Counted from the stretch's first letter, positions 1 to 10,086 are shown. The stretch: DNA of 64,000 bases from Candidatus Dormiibacterota bacterium (GCA_963713485.1 CAVQLW010000001.1:15834-79833), one strand, 5' to 3'. A program made the numbers and translations. The notes: generated by a model not told the origin, from the sequence alone.

Positions 1-32
1 CGTCGCTCCGCTCATCTCCGCGTTTCTCATTC

Positions 33-849
33 CTACTGCGTTTTTTTGATCAGTTTGATCTCGAACAGCTTGGGCCAGCGCTTTCCCGTCACGAACAGGC
101 GGTCGCCCTTGGCATCGTAGGCGATACCGTTGAGCACATCCGTCTGTTGCGCCCCGTCCTCGATCCGGTCCTGCGGCACCAGCAGGCCCGGTGCAATCGA
201 TCCAACCCACCACCTTGCCGCTCGCCGGATCGATGCGCACGATTTTCTCGGTCATCCAGATGTTGGCGTAAATCTCGCCCTTCACCCATTCCATTTCGTT
301 CAGGCACCGCCCGCTCGGGTCGCCGCACCAGTTCGGCGACCGGTTGATCGGCTGCCCCTGGTCGGTCACGTTGATGCGGCCGGTCTCCTGCAATGTTTCC
401 GGATCCCAGATGCGGATCTGCGGCGTGCCGTCGTCCACAAACAACCGCTTGCCGTCGGTGGTAAAAGACCAGCCTTCGCCGGTGTAGTGGAATTCCTTTT
501 CCGGCGCGAAGGTATCCAGGTTATAGATGAAGCCGACCTCCGTCTGCCAGGTAAGTTCCAGCAGGCGATCTTTCCACGCGATGATGCCCTCGCCAAAATA
601 ATTCGGCAGATCGCGCTTCTGCACCACCTCGCCGGTTTCCAGCTTCACCTTGCGGATTTCTGAACAGCACTCCTCGCCCGTGCCCTCGTACAGGTATCCG
701 TTCAGATAAAACAGCCCCTCGGTAAACGCATTGCGGTCGTGAGGATAGGTGTGAACCACCCGGTAGGTATATTCGGGAGTGGTGCCGGCTTCGATGGAAG
801 GGCCGCAGGCGCATGCCGCCAGGGCAAGCGCGGCTAGGAGTGCACGCAT
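33..849 (-). CDS. Glutaminyl-peptide cyclotransferase (bacterial/plant-type glutamine cyclotransferase), lipoprotein; one apparent +1 frame break
   Basis: Minus-strand frame from ATG 847-849. It is absent from the ORF track because in that frame it runs off the window edge. Signal/lipobox [18 protein letters not shown], then [25 protein letters not shown]...[30 protein letters not shown]...[14 protein letters not shown]...[13 protein letters not shown]. The conserved C-terminus [51 protein letters not shown] lies in the adjacent frame (stop 33-35). One extra base in the CCC run 187-189 explains the shift. Confidence 0.7.
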
Positions 850-895
850 ATATAGGCAATTGTGGCACACCCGGCAAATCGCCCGGCGGGAAAGA

Positions 896-1800
896 TTATG
901 GGTTGAAGAACGGGTCAGTGGGAACCGCTGTCGCCTGGTAGAACGGCGCGCTGGCCAGGAAATGGGCGGGATTCATGGGCGCTCCGCCGCGGCGCACTTC
1001 GTAGTGCAGATGCGGCGCGGTCACCCGGCCCGTGCTGCCTACCAGCCCGATGATCTCCCCGCGACGCACATCCTGCCCCACGTTCACATAGAACTTCGAC
1101 AGGTGTGCGTAATACGTCTCGATCCCGTTGCCGTGATCCACGCGAATCAGCTTGCCGTAGCCGCTTTCCATCTGCGCGTAAATCACGACGCCATCGGCGG
1201 TGACGCGCACCGGAGTTCCCGTGGGCGCCCCGATATCCACACCCATATGCATGGCGCCTTCACCGGAGAACGGATCCGTGCGGCGGCCGAACGCGCCGAT
1301 CAGGCGGCCTTCCACCGGCCAGAGATTCGGCTGCATGTCGGAGCGGAACCAGCAGACCGCGCGAGCGGTGCCCCGGCAGCGAGAGCACCTTGGTGCTTTG
1401 CAGAAAGTTGTAATCCTCCAGGCTTTCCGCGAAAGACGGCACCAGCTTGCCTTCCGAGCCGATATCCGACGGCCCTTCCAGCTTCTGCTTGATGCCGTAG
1501 GCCAGGGACACTTCCTTGGCGTAAACTTCCAGGGTGGCAAGTTGATCGTTGGTCTGGTTGACCACCTTTTGCAGCTTCTGGTAACGGTTTCGAAGACTGT
1601 CGGCCTCGCCCTTCAAGGCATTGTAGTTGGCCACTTTCAGGCCATGCGGGCATAACTGGCGACGAAATCCGAAGCGCGGAAAAACAACCCAGAAGAGCTA
1701 ATGCAAGCACGGCATACACTGCCGTGTGGGGAATATGAATTCGGCGGAGTCTTCCACGCAACGAGTGCGCAAGCACTACAACGAAGTATTCTTGCTTCAT
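896..1800 (-). CDS. M23 family metallopeptidase (LytM-like peptidoglycan endopeptidase) with TM anchor and coiled coil; two frame breaks
   Basis: Three overlapping minus ORFs (1300-1800, 1260-1634, 896-1540) join into one protein. TM anchor MKQEYFVVVLAHS...AVLALALLGCF. Coiled coil ANYNALKGEADSLRNRYQKLQKVVNQTNDQLATLEVYAKE. Catalytic core WPVEGRLIGAFGRRTDPFSGEGAMHMGVDIGAPTGTPV (HxxxD) and GSTGRVTAPHLHYEVRRGG (HxH). Breaks at GGG 1648-1650 and CCCC 1371-1374. Confidence 0.85.
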
Positions 1801-1930
1801 AGTCTTCTCCGGCCAGACTCTCGTCCCCAGAGCCTGGTGGGGGCTATTTCAGAACAACTCAATTGGCGAAACTGAAACTGTAACAGCCCGGATACGCTGT
1901 TGTCAAGCAAATACTGTCGATTGCAAACTA

Positions 1931-2767
1931 TTGAAAGAATTGGTATTATCGAAAAATATCGTGCCTAGGCGAGTCCCCGGAACGCTGTTTCTGCGTAATT
2001 TGGTGCAGCGGCGGAGCCTGCTGTTCCAATTGGTGCGCCGCGATTTCCAGCAGCGGTATCGTAGGATCGGCCATGGGGTGGATCTGGGGTCTGATTCATC
2101 CACTTGTCTTGCTGCTGAGCTGGTGGTTCGTCTTCGGCGTCTGCCTGAACCAGACCCTCCCCGCAAGGCATTCCCTACGCTTTATTCATATTCGCCGGAA
2201 TGCTCCCGTGGCTGCTGTTCAGCGAAACCGTCCAGCGTTCCGCCTCCAGCCTGCTGGATCAGTCCAGCCTCATCACCAAAACCGTATTTCCAGCGGAGAT
2301 CGTGCCCGTTTCGGTGTTCCTCTCCTCGCTGGTGAGCCATGGCCTGGCGGTGGCTTTGATGATCACCGCCTATGCGGTCACCAGGAACCAGATCAGCGTC
2401 TTTTTGATTGTTCTGCCGGTCTACACGCTTCCTGATCGGGCTTCTGGCCGTGGGACTTGGTTGGATCGTCGCCAGCTTGCATGTGTTTTTGCGCGATACC
2501 GCCCAGGTCCTCAGCGTGCTGCTGACATTCTGGTTCTGGTTCACCCCTATCTTCTTCACCCAGAGCACCTTTCCGAAACCCATCCAGCCGTTCCTGAAGG
2601 CCAATCCGATGTTTTTCGCCGTGGACGCCTACCGCGGACTGCTGCTCACCTCGAATTGGCCCAGCATCGAGGATTTCGGCATGCTGGCGCTCTACGCCAC
2701 CGTGGCCTTTGTGGTGGGCGGCCTGTTCTTTCGCTACATGAAGCGCGGCTTCGCCGACGTGCTGTAG
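1931..2767 (+). pseudogene. ABC-2 type transporter permease (Wzm/TagG-like polysaccharide exporter membrane component), three frame breaks as assembled
   Basis: Plus-strand ORFs starting 1931, 2073, 2200 and 2408 lie in successive +1 frames and join into one ABC-2 permease: LVRRDFQQRYR | SAMGWIWGLIHPLVLLLSWWFVFGVCLNQ | IPYALFIFAGMLPWLLFSETVQRSASSLLDQSSLITKTVFPAEIVPVSVFLSSLVSHG... | LLIGLLAVGLGWIVASLHVFLRDTAQVLSVLLTFWFWFTPIFF...NPMFFAVDAYRGLLL. Breaks near 2063-2065, 2165-2166 (AA) and 2431-2432 (CC). True start uncertain (TTG 1931 or GTG ~1961). Confidence 0.75.
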
Positions 2768-2782
2768 GCTTACACTCTGAAG

Positions 2783-3580
2783 ATGAAGTGTCTGGTCGCC
2801 GTTCTCTTGCTACCGTGTGTCTTCCCGGTTCTCCAGGCGCAGCAGCCTACCGGCCCTGGCTCGCCCGCAAAAGCGAATCAGAAACTCGACGAACCGGCTC
2901 CGATTGACATCGCGCCGGAACCCACGGACCCGGTAGAGCGTGCGTTGCGTGCCACCAGAAACCGGCTCTTTAACAGTCCGGTTGAAATTCCCTTTGGTCA
3001 ATTTGAACCCATCAAACGGCCCCGCTTGGACGCCATGCCTCCCCGACCGCCGAATGGGGTGGTCGTTGACCGGGCGCCAGCCCCGCCGAATACCCGCCCT
3101 GAGGACTATCAATTGCAGGTCGCAGACAGTGACACGATCATTCTGGGGTCGGTGACCAAAGTTCAACCCTATTTCTCGGAAGACGGCACGAGCCTGTATA
3201 CGGAGTACACGCTTTCAGTGGAGCAGGTATTCAAGGACAGCGCCAATCTTGCCCTGAAAGCGGGCGCCGCCGTCGCCATTTTTCGGATGGGTGGAGCGCT
3301 ACGCTTAGCTTCCGGCAGGGTCGTGCGCCTGGATGTCCACGGTCTCGGATATGCACCCGATGAGGGACATCGGTACGTCTGCTTTCTTCACTATGATGCC
3401 CGCGGATACTGGTTGAGTATCGTCAAGCTCTGGGAAATTCGAGACAGCGGTGCAGCCCCGCTGGACCCGTTTGACCAGGGTTTGGCCAACGCCGGAAGAT
3501 CTCAATATACAGGAATGAGCGAAGGCGATTTCCTCAACGCCGTCCGTACCGCGGTTGATCGGACCGCCGTTCACGAGTAG
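2783..3580 (+). CDS. Hypothetical secreted protein
   Basis: Intact 265-aa ORF with signal peptide MKCLVAVLLLPCVFPVLQAQ and a Pro-rich N-terminal region. No recognisable catalytic motif. Confidence 0.6.
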   Translation: MKCLVAVLLLPCVFPVLQAQQPTGPGSPAKANQKLDEPAPIDIAPEPTDPVERALRATRNRLFNSPVEIPFGQFEPIKRPRLDAMPPRPPNGVVVDRAPAPPNTRPEDYQLQVADSDTIILGSVTKVQPYFSEDGTSLYTEYTLSVEQVFKDSANLALKAGAAVAIFRMGGALRLASGRVVRLDVHGLGYAPDEGHRYVCFLHYDARGYWLSIVKLWEIRDSGAAPLDPFDQGLANAGRSQYTGMSEGDFLNAVRTAVDRTAVHE

Positions 3581-3708
3581 TCGGGTGACAATGCCGGTGG
3601 CGACTTTTCCCTAACTATATTTCCCCGTCCGTCAATCACTTACCGCTCCCTCATTGCGGAATCCATCCTGCCGCCCTGCTACCGTGAGCGTGGGAAGGAA
3701 ATTCGTCA

Positions 3709-4107
3709 GTGTCCACCCGCAAACAACGCCGCGCCAATCGCCTCAACGCCCTGAAATCCACCGGACCGCGCACCCTCGAAGGCAAGCGCGTCTCCTCGCT
3801 GAACGCCCTCAAATCCGGACTCGACGCCAAATCGCAAATCGTCCCGGGCGAGTCCCCCGAAGAGTTCGCCGAACTCCAGGCCGAGTACATCGCGCAGTTC
3901 GCCCCCACCACCCCCGAACAGCGCTTCCTGGTCGATAAGTTGATTCGCAACGAGTGGCTCCTCCGCCGGTACCACCGCGTCGAAGCCCAACTCTGGGTCT
4001 ATCAGTCCCGCCTCTGCGATCAGAAAACCGGAGTCGAACTGGGCGAGGCCTTCTCCAAATCCGCCGCCACGTTCCAGCGCCTCCACCGCCAGGTCCATCG
4101 CCGCTGA
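3709..4107 (+). CDS. Conserved hypothetical protein (basic N-terminus with repeated NALKSG motif); probably continues in the +1 frame to ~4327
   Basis: GTG start; MSTRKQRRANRLNALKSTGPRTLEGKRVSSLNALKSGLDAKS.... After ...FQRLHRQV the +1 frame reads IAAEKAHKEALEQLKDLQTPPEPTETKDQ..., which looks like the natural continuation (break ~4090-4100). Confidence 0.5.
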   Translation: MSTRKQRRANRLNALKSTGPRTLEGKRVSSLNALKSGLDAKSQIVPGESPEEFAELQAEYIAQFAPTTPEQRFLVDKLIRNEWLLRRYHRVEAQLWVYQSRLCDQKTGVELGEAFSKSAATFQRLHRQVHRR

Positions 4108-4271
4108 AAAAGCCCACAAGGAAGCTCTGGAGCAATTGAAGGACCTTCAAACTCCCCCGGAACCTACTGAAACTAAAGACCAAACCGAACAATCGGCTTC
4201 GTTCCTCACTTCTCCATCCCCGGCGAGCGAAAGCGAGCCAGAAATCCCCGGCCCCCGGCCCCTGGCCCCCG

Positions 4272-7200
4272 CTAGAACGTCATCTTCAACGCCAACTGCA
4301 CGGTCCGGTTCCCGCTGGCGCTGGTGATGATTCCGAACGTAGCCGGAGCGGCGACGTTGGTTCCCGGACCGCCCCACGTTGGTGAGTTGGTCAAATTGAA
4401 AGCCGCCGCCCGGAACTGGAAGTTCAGTCTCTCGGTAGCCTGGAAGCCCTTGAACAGCGAGAAATCCAGGTTGTGCATGCCCCGGCCCGCGTACGTTCGG
4501 CAGGAAACGTCCGACATTTCCGAACGTGAAGTTCGGCGTCTGCGAGAAAGTCCGACTGCACAAAGTATTCGTTCAACCGGTCGGCGATATGCCCGCTCCG
4601 CGCCGGGTTCTGGCCATTATCCGTGGCGCGGATCCCGGGCTGTTCAGCCCCGTAGTGTTGCCCCCGTTCGAGATGGCGATCGGAATACCCTTTCTGGAAC
4701 GTCAGAATGCCGTTCATCTGCCAGCCGCCCAGCAGGAAATCCGCCGCCTTCGGCATCGTGCTCAGGTATGCCCTGTGCCTGCCGACCGGCAATTCGTACG
4801 TCGTGCTGACCACGAAGCGCTGCGGCACGTCCTGCGAAGAGACCGACTTCTCGCACTTCCGGCAATACGAGTCCTGCTTCGAGCCCGCCTGCCCGATGTA
4901 GGTCACCACCTGGGAAGCATCGTCCAGCAGCTTGGCGATGGTATAGCTCGCCAGCATGGTGAGGCCGCTCTTATAGCGGTGCTGCACCGAGAAAATGCCC
5001 GACTGGTAATTGGAATTCGCCATCGGCTTGCGGAACGCGTTCACGCCCTGGTATTGCGGATACGCCGAGAGCAGGTAGTTCGCCTGGATGTTCGGGCTGG
5101 CATAAATCGACGTCGGGTTCTGGATGATCCCGTAGAACGGATTGGGCACCTGGGCCAGCAGCGAATTGCCCAACGCCAGATCCGAAGCCGGCAACTGGTT
5201 GTACTGTCGTGCTGCTTTCCCCGTCCGGCAGGTGCTGCCCCTTGCTGCCCAGATATCCGGCCTGCAGCAGCCAACTGGATCCGGCCTGCTGCTGCACGGT
5301 GAAGTTCCACTGCTGGATCATGGGATTCACGTAATCGTTGAAGTAGCTGTCCTGCACCGTGCCGCCGATATCGGTGAGCGTGCCGCTGATCGGTCCCTGC
5401 TGCGGCCCCAGCGGACGAATCAGTCCGTTCGGAAACGGATTGCTCAGGCTGGCCACAAACGATTGCCCGCTGTTCAACGTGCTGTTCAGCGCCGTCCCGC
5501 CGGTGAATCCTTCCGTGCCGGACGTTCCCGACGTGCCCGCCGCCTGCAGCATCGAGGGCGCGTACAAAATGCCGTAAGCGCCGCGAATCACCGTGTTGTT
5601 GAAAGGGTGATAGGCGAAGCCGATGCGCGGAGCCCAGTTGTTCATGTCCGTGGGCGTCTGGTGCCGTCCGTAGGCCGCGCCGGGCGTCCCCACGAATTGC
5701 ATGGCGCCCTTGCAGATTCCCGCAGTTGGGACAGACCGCGCTCGAAGCCACCATGCCCTGCAGCGGCGAAGGCGCGGTGATATCGAAATAGCTGAGCCGG
5801 TTGTACCGCTCCGTGCGCGGCACATCCACGTCGTAGCGGACTCCCAGGTTGAGCGTCAGCTTGTTACTGACCTTCCAGTCGTCCTGGAAATATCCGCCGG
5901 CATACCAGCTCGAAGTCGCCGCCGAAAAGCTGTATTGAATGTCGTTGCCGTTGTTATTGGGCAGACCCAAAAGAAACGTCGCAAAGCCGTTGCCCTGAGT
6001 CGTGGACGTGCCCAGCGAGGTGTTCTGCTGGGTATAAGCGCTGCCGAAGGCGTATTGGCCATCCGGGCTGCCGTACTGCGTGAAGTTCACGAACAGCTTT
6101 TCGACGGTTCCGCCCATCTTCAAGGTATGTTTGTTCAGTACCTTGGTCAGGTCCGCGCGCAGGATGTGGGAGTAGGGAACATCCTTCAAGCGTGGTATAG
6201 GAAGCTCTGGCCCAGGTTGTACCCCGACGTGTTCCCGCTGGCGCCGATCTGCGGAAACTCGAAGTTGTCCACCACGCCGTCGATCGCCGACGGGAAGCCC
6301 AGCGAGGACGGCCGGGTTCCTTCCGAAAACGGGAAGCGGAACGAAGTGTCGCGCGCAAACCCGTAGTTCACATTGAAAATCATGGTGGGAGTAAAGTTGT
6401 AAATCGCGTTCACCGTGGCGTTGCGGTTATAGAAGTTCACCGGGCCGGAGCCCGGCGGAAGTCCCCGGATTGCCGTAACCATTGAAATCCGTGCTGTTGC
6501 CGCTCTGATTGGAAAAGCGTCCGAACATGCGGAACTTCTCGCGAAAAATATTGGTCCACCCGGCTGTCGATCTGGTTATAGGGATTGTTCGCCACACCTT
6601 GCACCTTCCAGTTGCCCGTCTGCAGGGCCGGGTTCGTGATGCAACCGGCGCAGTTCGGCTCCGGCCAGTAGTGCAGCAGCTTCACCGCCACGGGGTCGAA
6701 GCGGTTCGACGGAACCACATTATTCGGAAACGGCTGGCGGAAGCAGTTGGGTTGCGAGGACGGGCACGCGGCATTCGGACCCGCCGTCGACGGATCGTAG
6801 ATGGTGATCGGTGAACCCACACCGCCGCCGGCGCCATTGGTCATGCCGGTAAAGATGCCCTGCCGCATGGCATCGGTCGGCACGCTGCCCGTATCGGTGA
6901 CGGCGCTGGGTGTTCGGACGCTCTGCTCGCTGACGAAAAAGAAGGTCTTGTTCGAGCCGTTGTAGACCTTGGGAATCCGCACCGGCCCGCCGAACGTGCC
7001 GCCAAACTGGTTGTAGCGGACAATCCCGCGGGGCAACCCGTTCCGGTTGTTCCCCCAGCTATTGGCGTTCAGAACGTTGTTTTGGAAAATACTCGAACAG
7101 GGTGCCGTGGTAGTCGTTGGTGCCGCTGCGCGTGGCGATGTTGATGGTGCCGCCGCCGGTCCGGCCGTACTCCGGCGCCAGCGAATTGGTCACGATCGAC

Positions 7201-7830
7201 ATTTCCTGCACGCTGTCTTCGTTCGGCACGTACCCGATCTGCAGATGGCTGACGTTGTTTTCGGGCACGATCACCGACGTGCCGTCGATGGTCACATCGT
7301 TATAGTCGTTTCTGCCGCCGCTGATCCACGGGCTGTTCGATCCGCCGCTCGGAATCACGCCCGGCACCAGCGTCACCAGCGACATGGGGCTCCGGTTCCC
7401 GTTCAAAGGCAGATCCAGAATCGCGTTGCTGCTCACCGTCGTGGTCACGGTCGAAGTTTCCGTGGACAATTGCGCCGCGCTGGCTTCCACCTGGACCGTG
7501 GTCGAGACGTCGCCCAGTTTCAGCGCTATGGGCAGCGATACCGTCTGCTCCACGTCCAGCAGGATGTTGCTTTGTATGTACTTCTGGAAGCCCGGTTTCT
7601 CCACCGATACGCGGTAGGTGCCCGGCTGCAGGTACCTCTGGTAGAAGCGGCCTTCGGCGTTGGTCACCTGCGTCCAGTGGACGTTGGTGGCCTGATTTTC
7701 GACCGTTACATTCGCGTTTGGAACCGCGGCGTTGGATGCGTCGGTGACGCGTCCGTCCAACGTGCCGGTTGCGTTCTGGGCCATGGCCCAGCCTGTAAAT
7801 ACGAGAGTACTGACGATGACTTGCAAAGAC
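4272..7830 (-). pseudogene. TonB-dependent receptor with CarboxypepD_reg-like N-domain (Acidobacteriota type); about 11 frame breaks and 5' truncation at the junction
   Basis: Minus ORF fragments 7059-7988, 6437-7036, 6186-6482, 5041-6189, 4971-5825, 4424-5194, 4147-4563 and 4272-4517 read as one protein. Signal ...SLQVIVSTLVFTGWAMAQ. N-domain GTLDGRVTDASNAAVPNANVTVENQATN...NAEGRFYQRYLQPGTYRVSVEKPGF. Plug LPLNGNRSPMSLVTLVPGV...ISGGRNDYNDVTIDG. Barrel ending ...GNRTVQLALKMTF* (terminal Phe). No initiator codon with a charged n-region remains upstream of 7830. Confidence 0.85.
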
Positions 7831-7845
7831 TGACGCCGCCCAGGC
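7821..7845. other. Abrupt breakpoint between two unrelated sequences (probable contig join or assembly chimera)
   Basis: The TonB receptor loses its 5' end here. smc begins mid coiled-coil. Local composition changes from tgtaaatacgagagtactgacgatgacttgcaaagac to gacgccgcccaggcgcacgcgcaggccctgcgcgcc within ~15 nt. Confidence 0.7.
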
Positions 7846-9076
7846 GCACGCGCAGGCCCTGCGCGCCGGGGCTGACGCGGGCGCAAGAAGCCGAGGCTGA
7901 GGGAGTTGGAGCGGGTGCTCACCAGGGCCAAGGCCGAGGGAGCACACGTCGAGGAGCGCCGCGAGGCCGCCCACCGCGCGCTCGACACCGCTCGCGGGCG
8001 CGTCGCCGTCGCCGAGACCCGCCGGCTGCTGGCCGAGCGATGCGCTCATCGCGATCGTTCGCGCGATCCAGGGTCGGGCGGCGTCAGCCGTCGCTGCCGC
8101 TGAACTGTCGTCCGCCGAGGAGGCGCACGATCGTGCCGCGCTGCCGATCGGAGAGCTGGAGCTTGCGGCGCTCGGGCTGGAGACCGAGCGCTCGGAGGTC
8201 GCGGTCGCGGTGGCCCGGGCAGCCGACGAGCGTGAGGCCGCGGATCGCGAGGTTCTCGACTGCGAGGCCACCGTTGCGGCGCACGCCGATGCGGTGCGCG
8301 ATCTCAGCGACGACGATTCAGCCGAGCTCGACCCGGCCGCCGCGGAGCGCGCGGAGCGTGAGATCGTTCGGCTCGAGCGACGGATCGCGGCGCTCGGTGC
8401 AGTCAACGCGCTTGCCCCCGAGCAGCACGAGGCACTCAGCACCCGCGTGGAATCGATCTCCACTCAGCGTGACGACCTCGGCCGCGGCTGCGCCGAGCTC
8501 CGCGCGATGGCTCGGCGCCTCGAGATCGAGATCGAGCAGCGTTTCGACACCGTATTCGGGGCCGTGTCGTTCCACTTCCAGGAGCTGTACTCGGAGCTCT
8601 TCCCGGGTGGGAAGGCCACGCTGCGCCTCGAGGAGCCGGCACCGGCGACGCCCGGGGCGGACGGCGACGAGGCGCCCGCCGAAGAGTGGCGCCCCGGCGT
8701 GGAGATCCTCGCCCAGCCGCCCGGCAAGCGCCTCACCCCGCTGCGGCTCCTCAGCGGCGGCGAGCGGGCGCTCACGGCGCTTGCGGTGGTCCTCGCCCTC
8801 CAGCAGGTCAATCCCAGCCCGTTCTACGTCTTCGACGAGGTTGATGCCGCGCTCGACGACAGCAACGTCCTCCGGTTCACGAGGCTGCTGCGCCGTCTCG
8901 GCGCCGAGCAGCAGTTCCTCGTGGTGACGCACAACCACATCACCATGGCCGCGGCGGACGCGCTCTGGGGTGTGTCCATCGACGAGCACGGCACCAGCAC
9001 CGTCCTCGGGGTTCGCTTCGACGAAGCGGAGGTCACCGGCGCCCCGACCGTGGCGCTGCACCGGGCGGCCGGGTGA
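7832..9076 (+). CDS. smc: Chromosome segregation protein SMC, C-terminal ~410 aa only (5' truncated), three +1 frame breaks
   Basis: Coiled coil DAAQAHAQALRAG | LTRAQEAEAEG | VERVLTRAKAEGAHVEERREAAHRALDTARGRVAVAETRRLLAE | ALIAIVRAIQ.... C-terminal head has the ABC signature LSGGERALTALAVVLAL and Walker B FYVFDEVDAALD. Stop 9074-9076. Breaks at GGGG 7868-7871, TT 7906-7907 and ~8038-8042. Confidence 0.88.
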
Positions 9077-9100
9077 GCTCGCGCGCCGGCGTGGTGCCTC

Positions 9101-10054
9101 ATGGCACCTGACGACGTCGTCGCTCCGGTACGGCGCAGCGCATGGTGGCGGCGCATGTCAGGACGCATGGACCGTGCGTCGAGCGCGTTCAGCGCGGAGA
9201 TGCAGGGCCTTGCCCCTCCCGGGAGGAAGCTCGACGCCACCTTCTACGACGATCTCCTCGAGGTGCTCATCAGCGCGGACTGCGGTGTCGAGCTCTCGGA
9301 GCGCCTCGTGGCCTCGTTGCGCGATCGAGCCCGGCGCGAGCGCCTCGCCGACGCCCACGCCGCCATCGCCGCGCTGAAGGCGGAGATCCTGGCGGTGATG
9401 AACACCTACGACCGCAGGCTGCAGTTCGGCGAGATTCCGAGCGTTGTGATGATGGTGGGCGTCAACGGCAGCGGGAAGACAACGACGCTCGGGAAGCTCG
9501 CGCACCGGCTTCGCGAGGAGGGCCGCACGGCGCTCGTCGCCGCCGCCGACACCTACCGCGCCGCGGCGATCGACCAGATGCGCGTGTGGGCGGACCGCGC
9601 ACAGACCGACATCGTGGCCCACCAGCCCGGGGCGGACCCCGGAGCCGTGGTGTACGACGCCATCCAGGCGGCGCAGGCCCGGCGTGTCGACGTGGTGCTC
9701 GTCGACACCGCAGGGCGGCTCCACACCAAGGTCAACCTCATGGCCGAGCTCGGCAAGATCCGGCGGGTGATCGAGCGACTCCTTCCCGGTGAGCCGAGCG
9801 AGGTGCTCCTCGTCATCGACGCCACGACGGGCATGAACGCGATGCGCCAGGCCTTCGCGTTCCATGAGACGACCAAGCTGACCGGTCTGGTGATCACGAA
9901 GCTCGACGGCAGCGCCCGTGGGGGGACGCTGCTTGCGGTGGAGGAGGTGCTGAAGGTGCCAGTCAAGCTCGTCGGGCTCGGCGAAGGGCTCGACGATCTC
10001 AACGTCTTCGATCCGTCGGCCTACCTGGACGCGATCTTCGGGGCTACTGCTTGA
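9101..10054 (+). CDS. ftsY: Signal recognition particle receptor FtsY
   Basis: NG domain motifs MVGVNGSGKTTTLGKLA, VDTAGRLH, VITKLDGSARGG. Follows smc as in Bacillus and actinobacteria. Confidence 0.95.
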   Translation: MAPDDVVAPVRRSAWWRRMSGRMDRASSAFSAEMQGLAPPGRKLDATFYDDLLEVLISADCGVELSERLVASLRDRARRERLADAHAAIAALKAEILAVMNTYDRRLQFGEIPSVVMMVGVNGSGKTTTLGKLAHRLREEGRTALVAAADTYRAAAIDQMRVWADRAQTDIVAHQPGADPGAVVYDAIQAAQARRVDVVLVDTAGRLHTKVNLMAELGKIRRVIERLLPGEPSEVLLVIDATTGMNAMRQAFAFHETTKLTGLVITKLDGSARGGTLLAVEEVLKVPVKLVGLGEGLDDLNVFDPSAYLDAIFGATA

Positions 10055-10079
10055 CATTGTTGTGAGTACTCACTAACAT
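10051..10079 (+). promoter_or_regulatory. Sigma70-type promoter with embedded perfect 12-bp palindrome (putative TetR operator); predicts a leaderless tetR mRNA
   Basis: TTGACA 10051-10056, 17-nt spacer, TAACAT 10074-10079. Palindrome GTGAGTACTCAC (10062-10073) lies in the spacer. ATG of tetR is at 10087, 7 nt after the -10, with no Shine-Dalgarno sequence. Confidence 0.5.
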
Positions 10080-10086
10080 ACGCGGC

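Noticed and set aside
7047-8927. 626-aa plus-strand ORF spanning the junction and most of the smc fragment
   Set aside because: The product is Arg/Ser/Pro/Ala-rich nonsense. It overlaps the real TonB receptor (opposite strand) and the smc reading frames. This is a typical open alternative frame in high-GC DNA.
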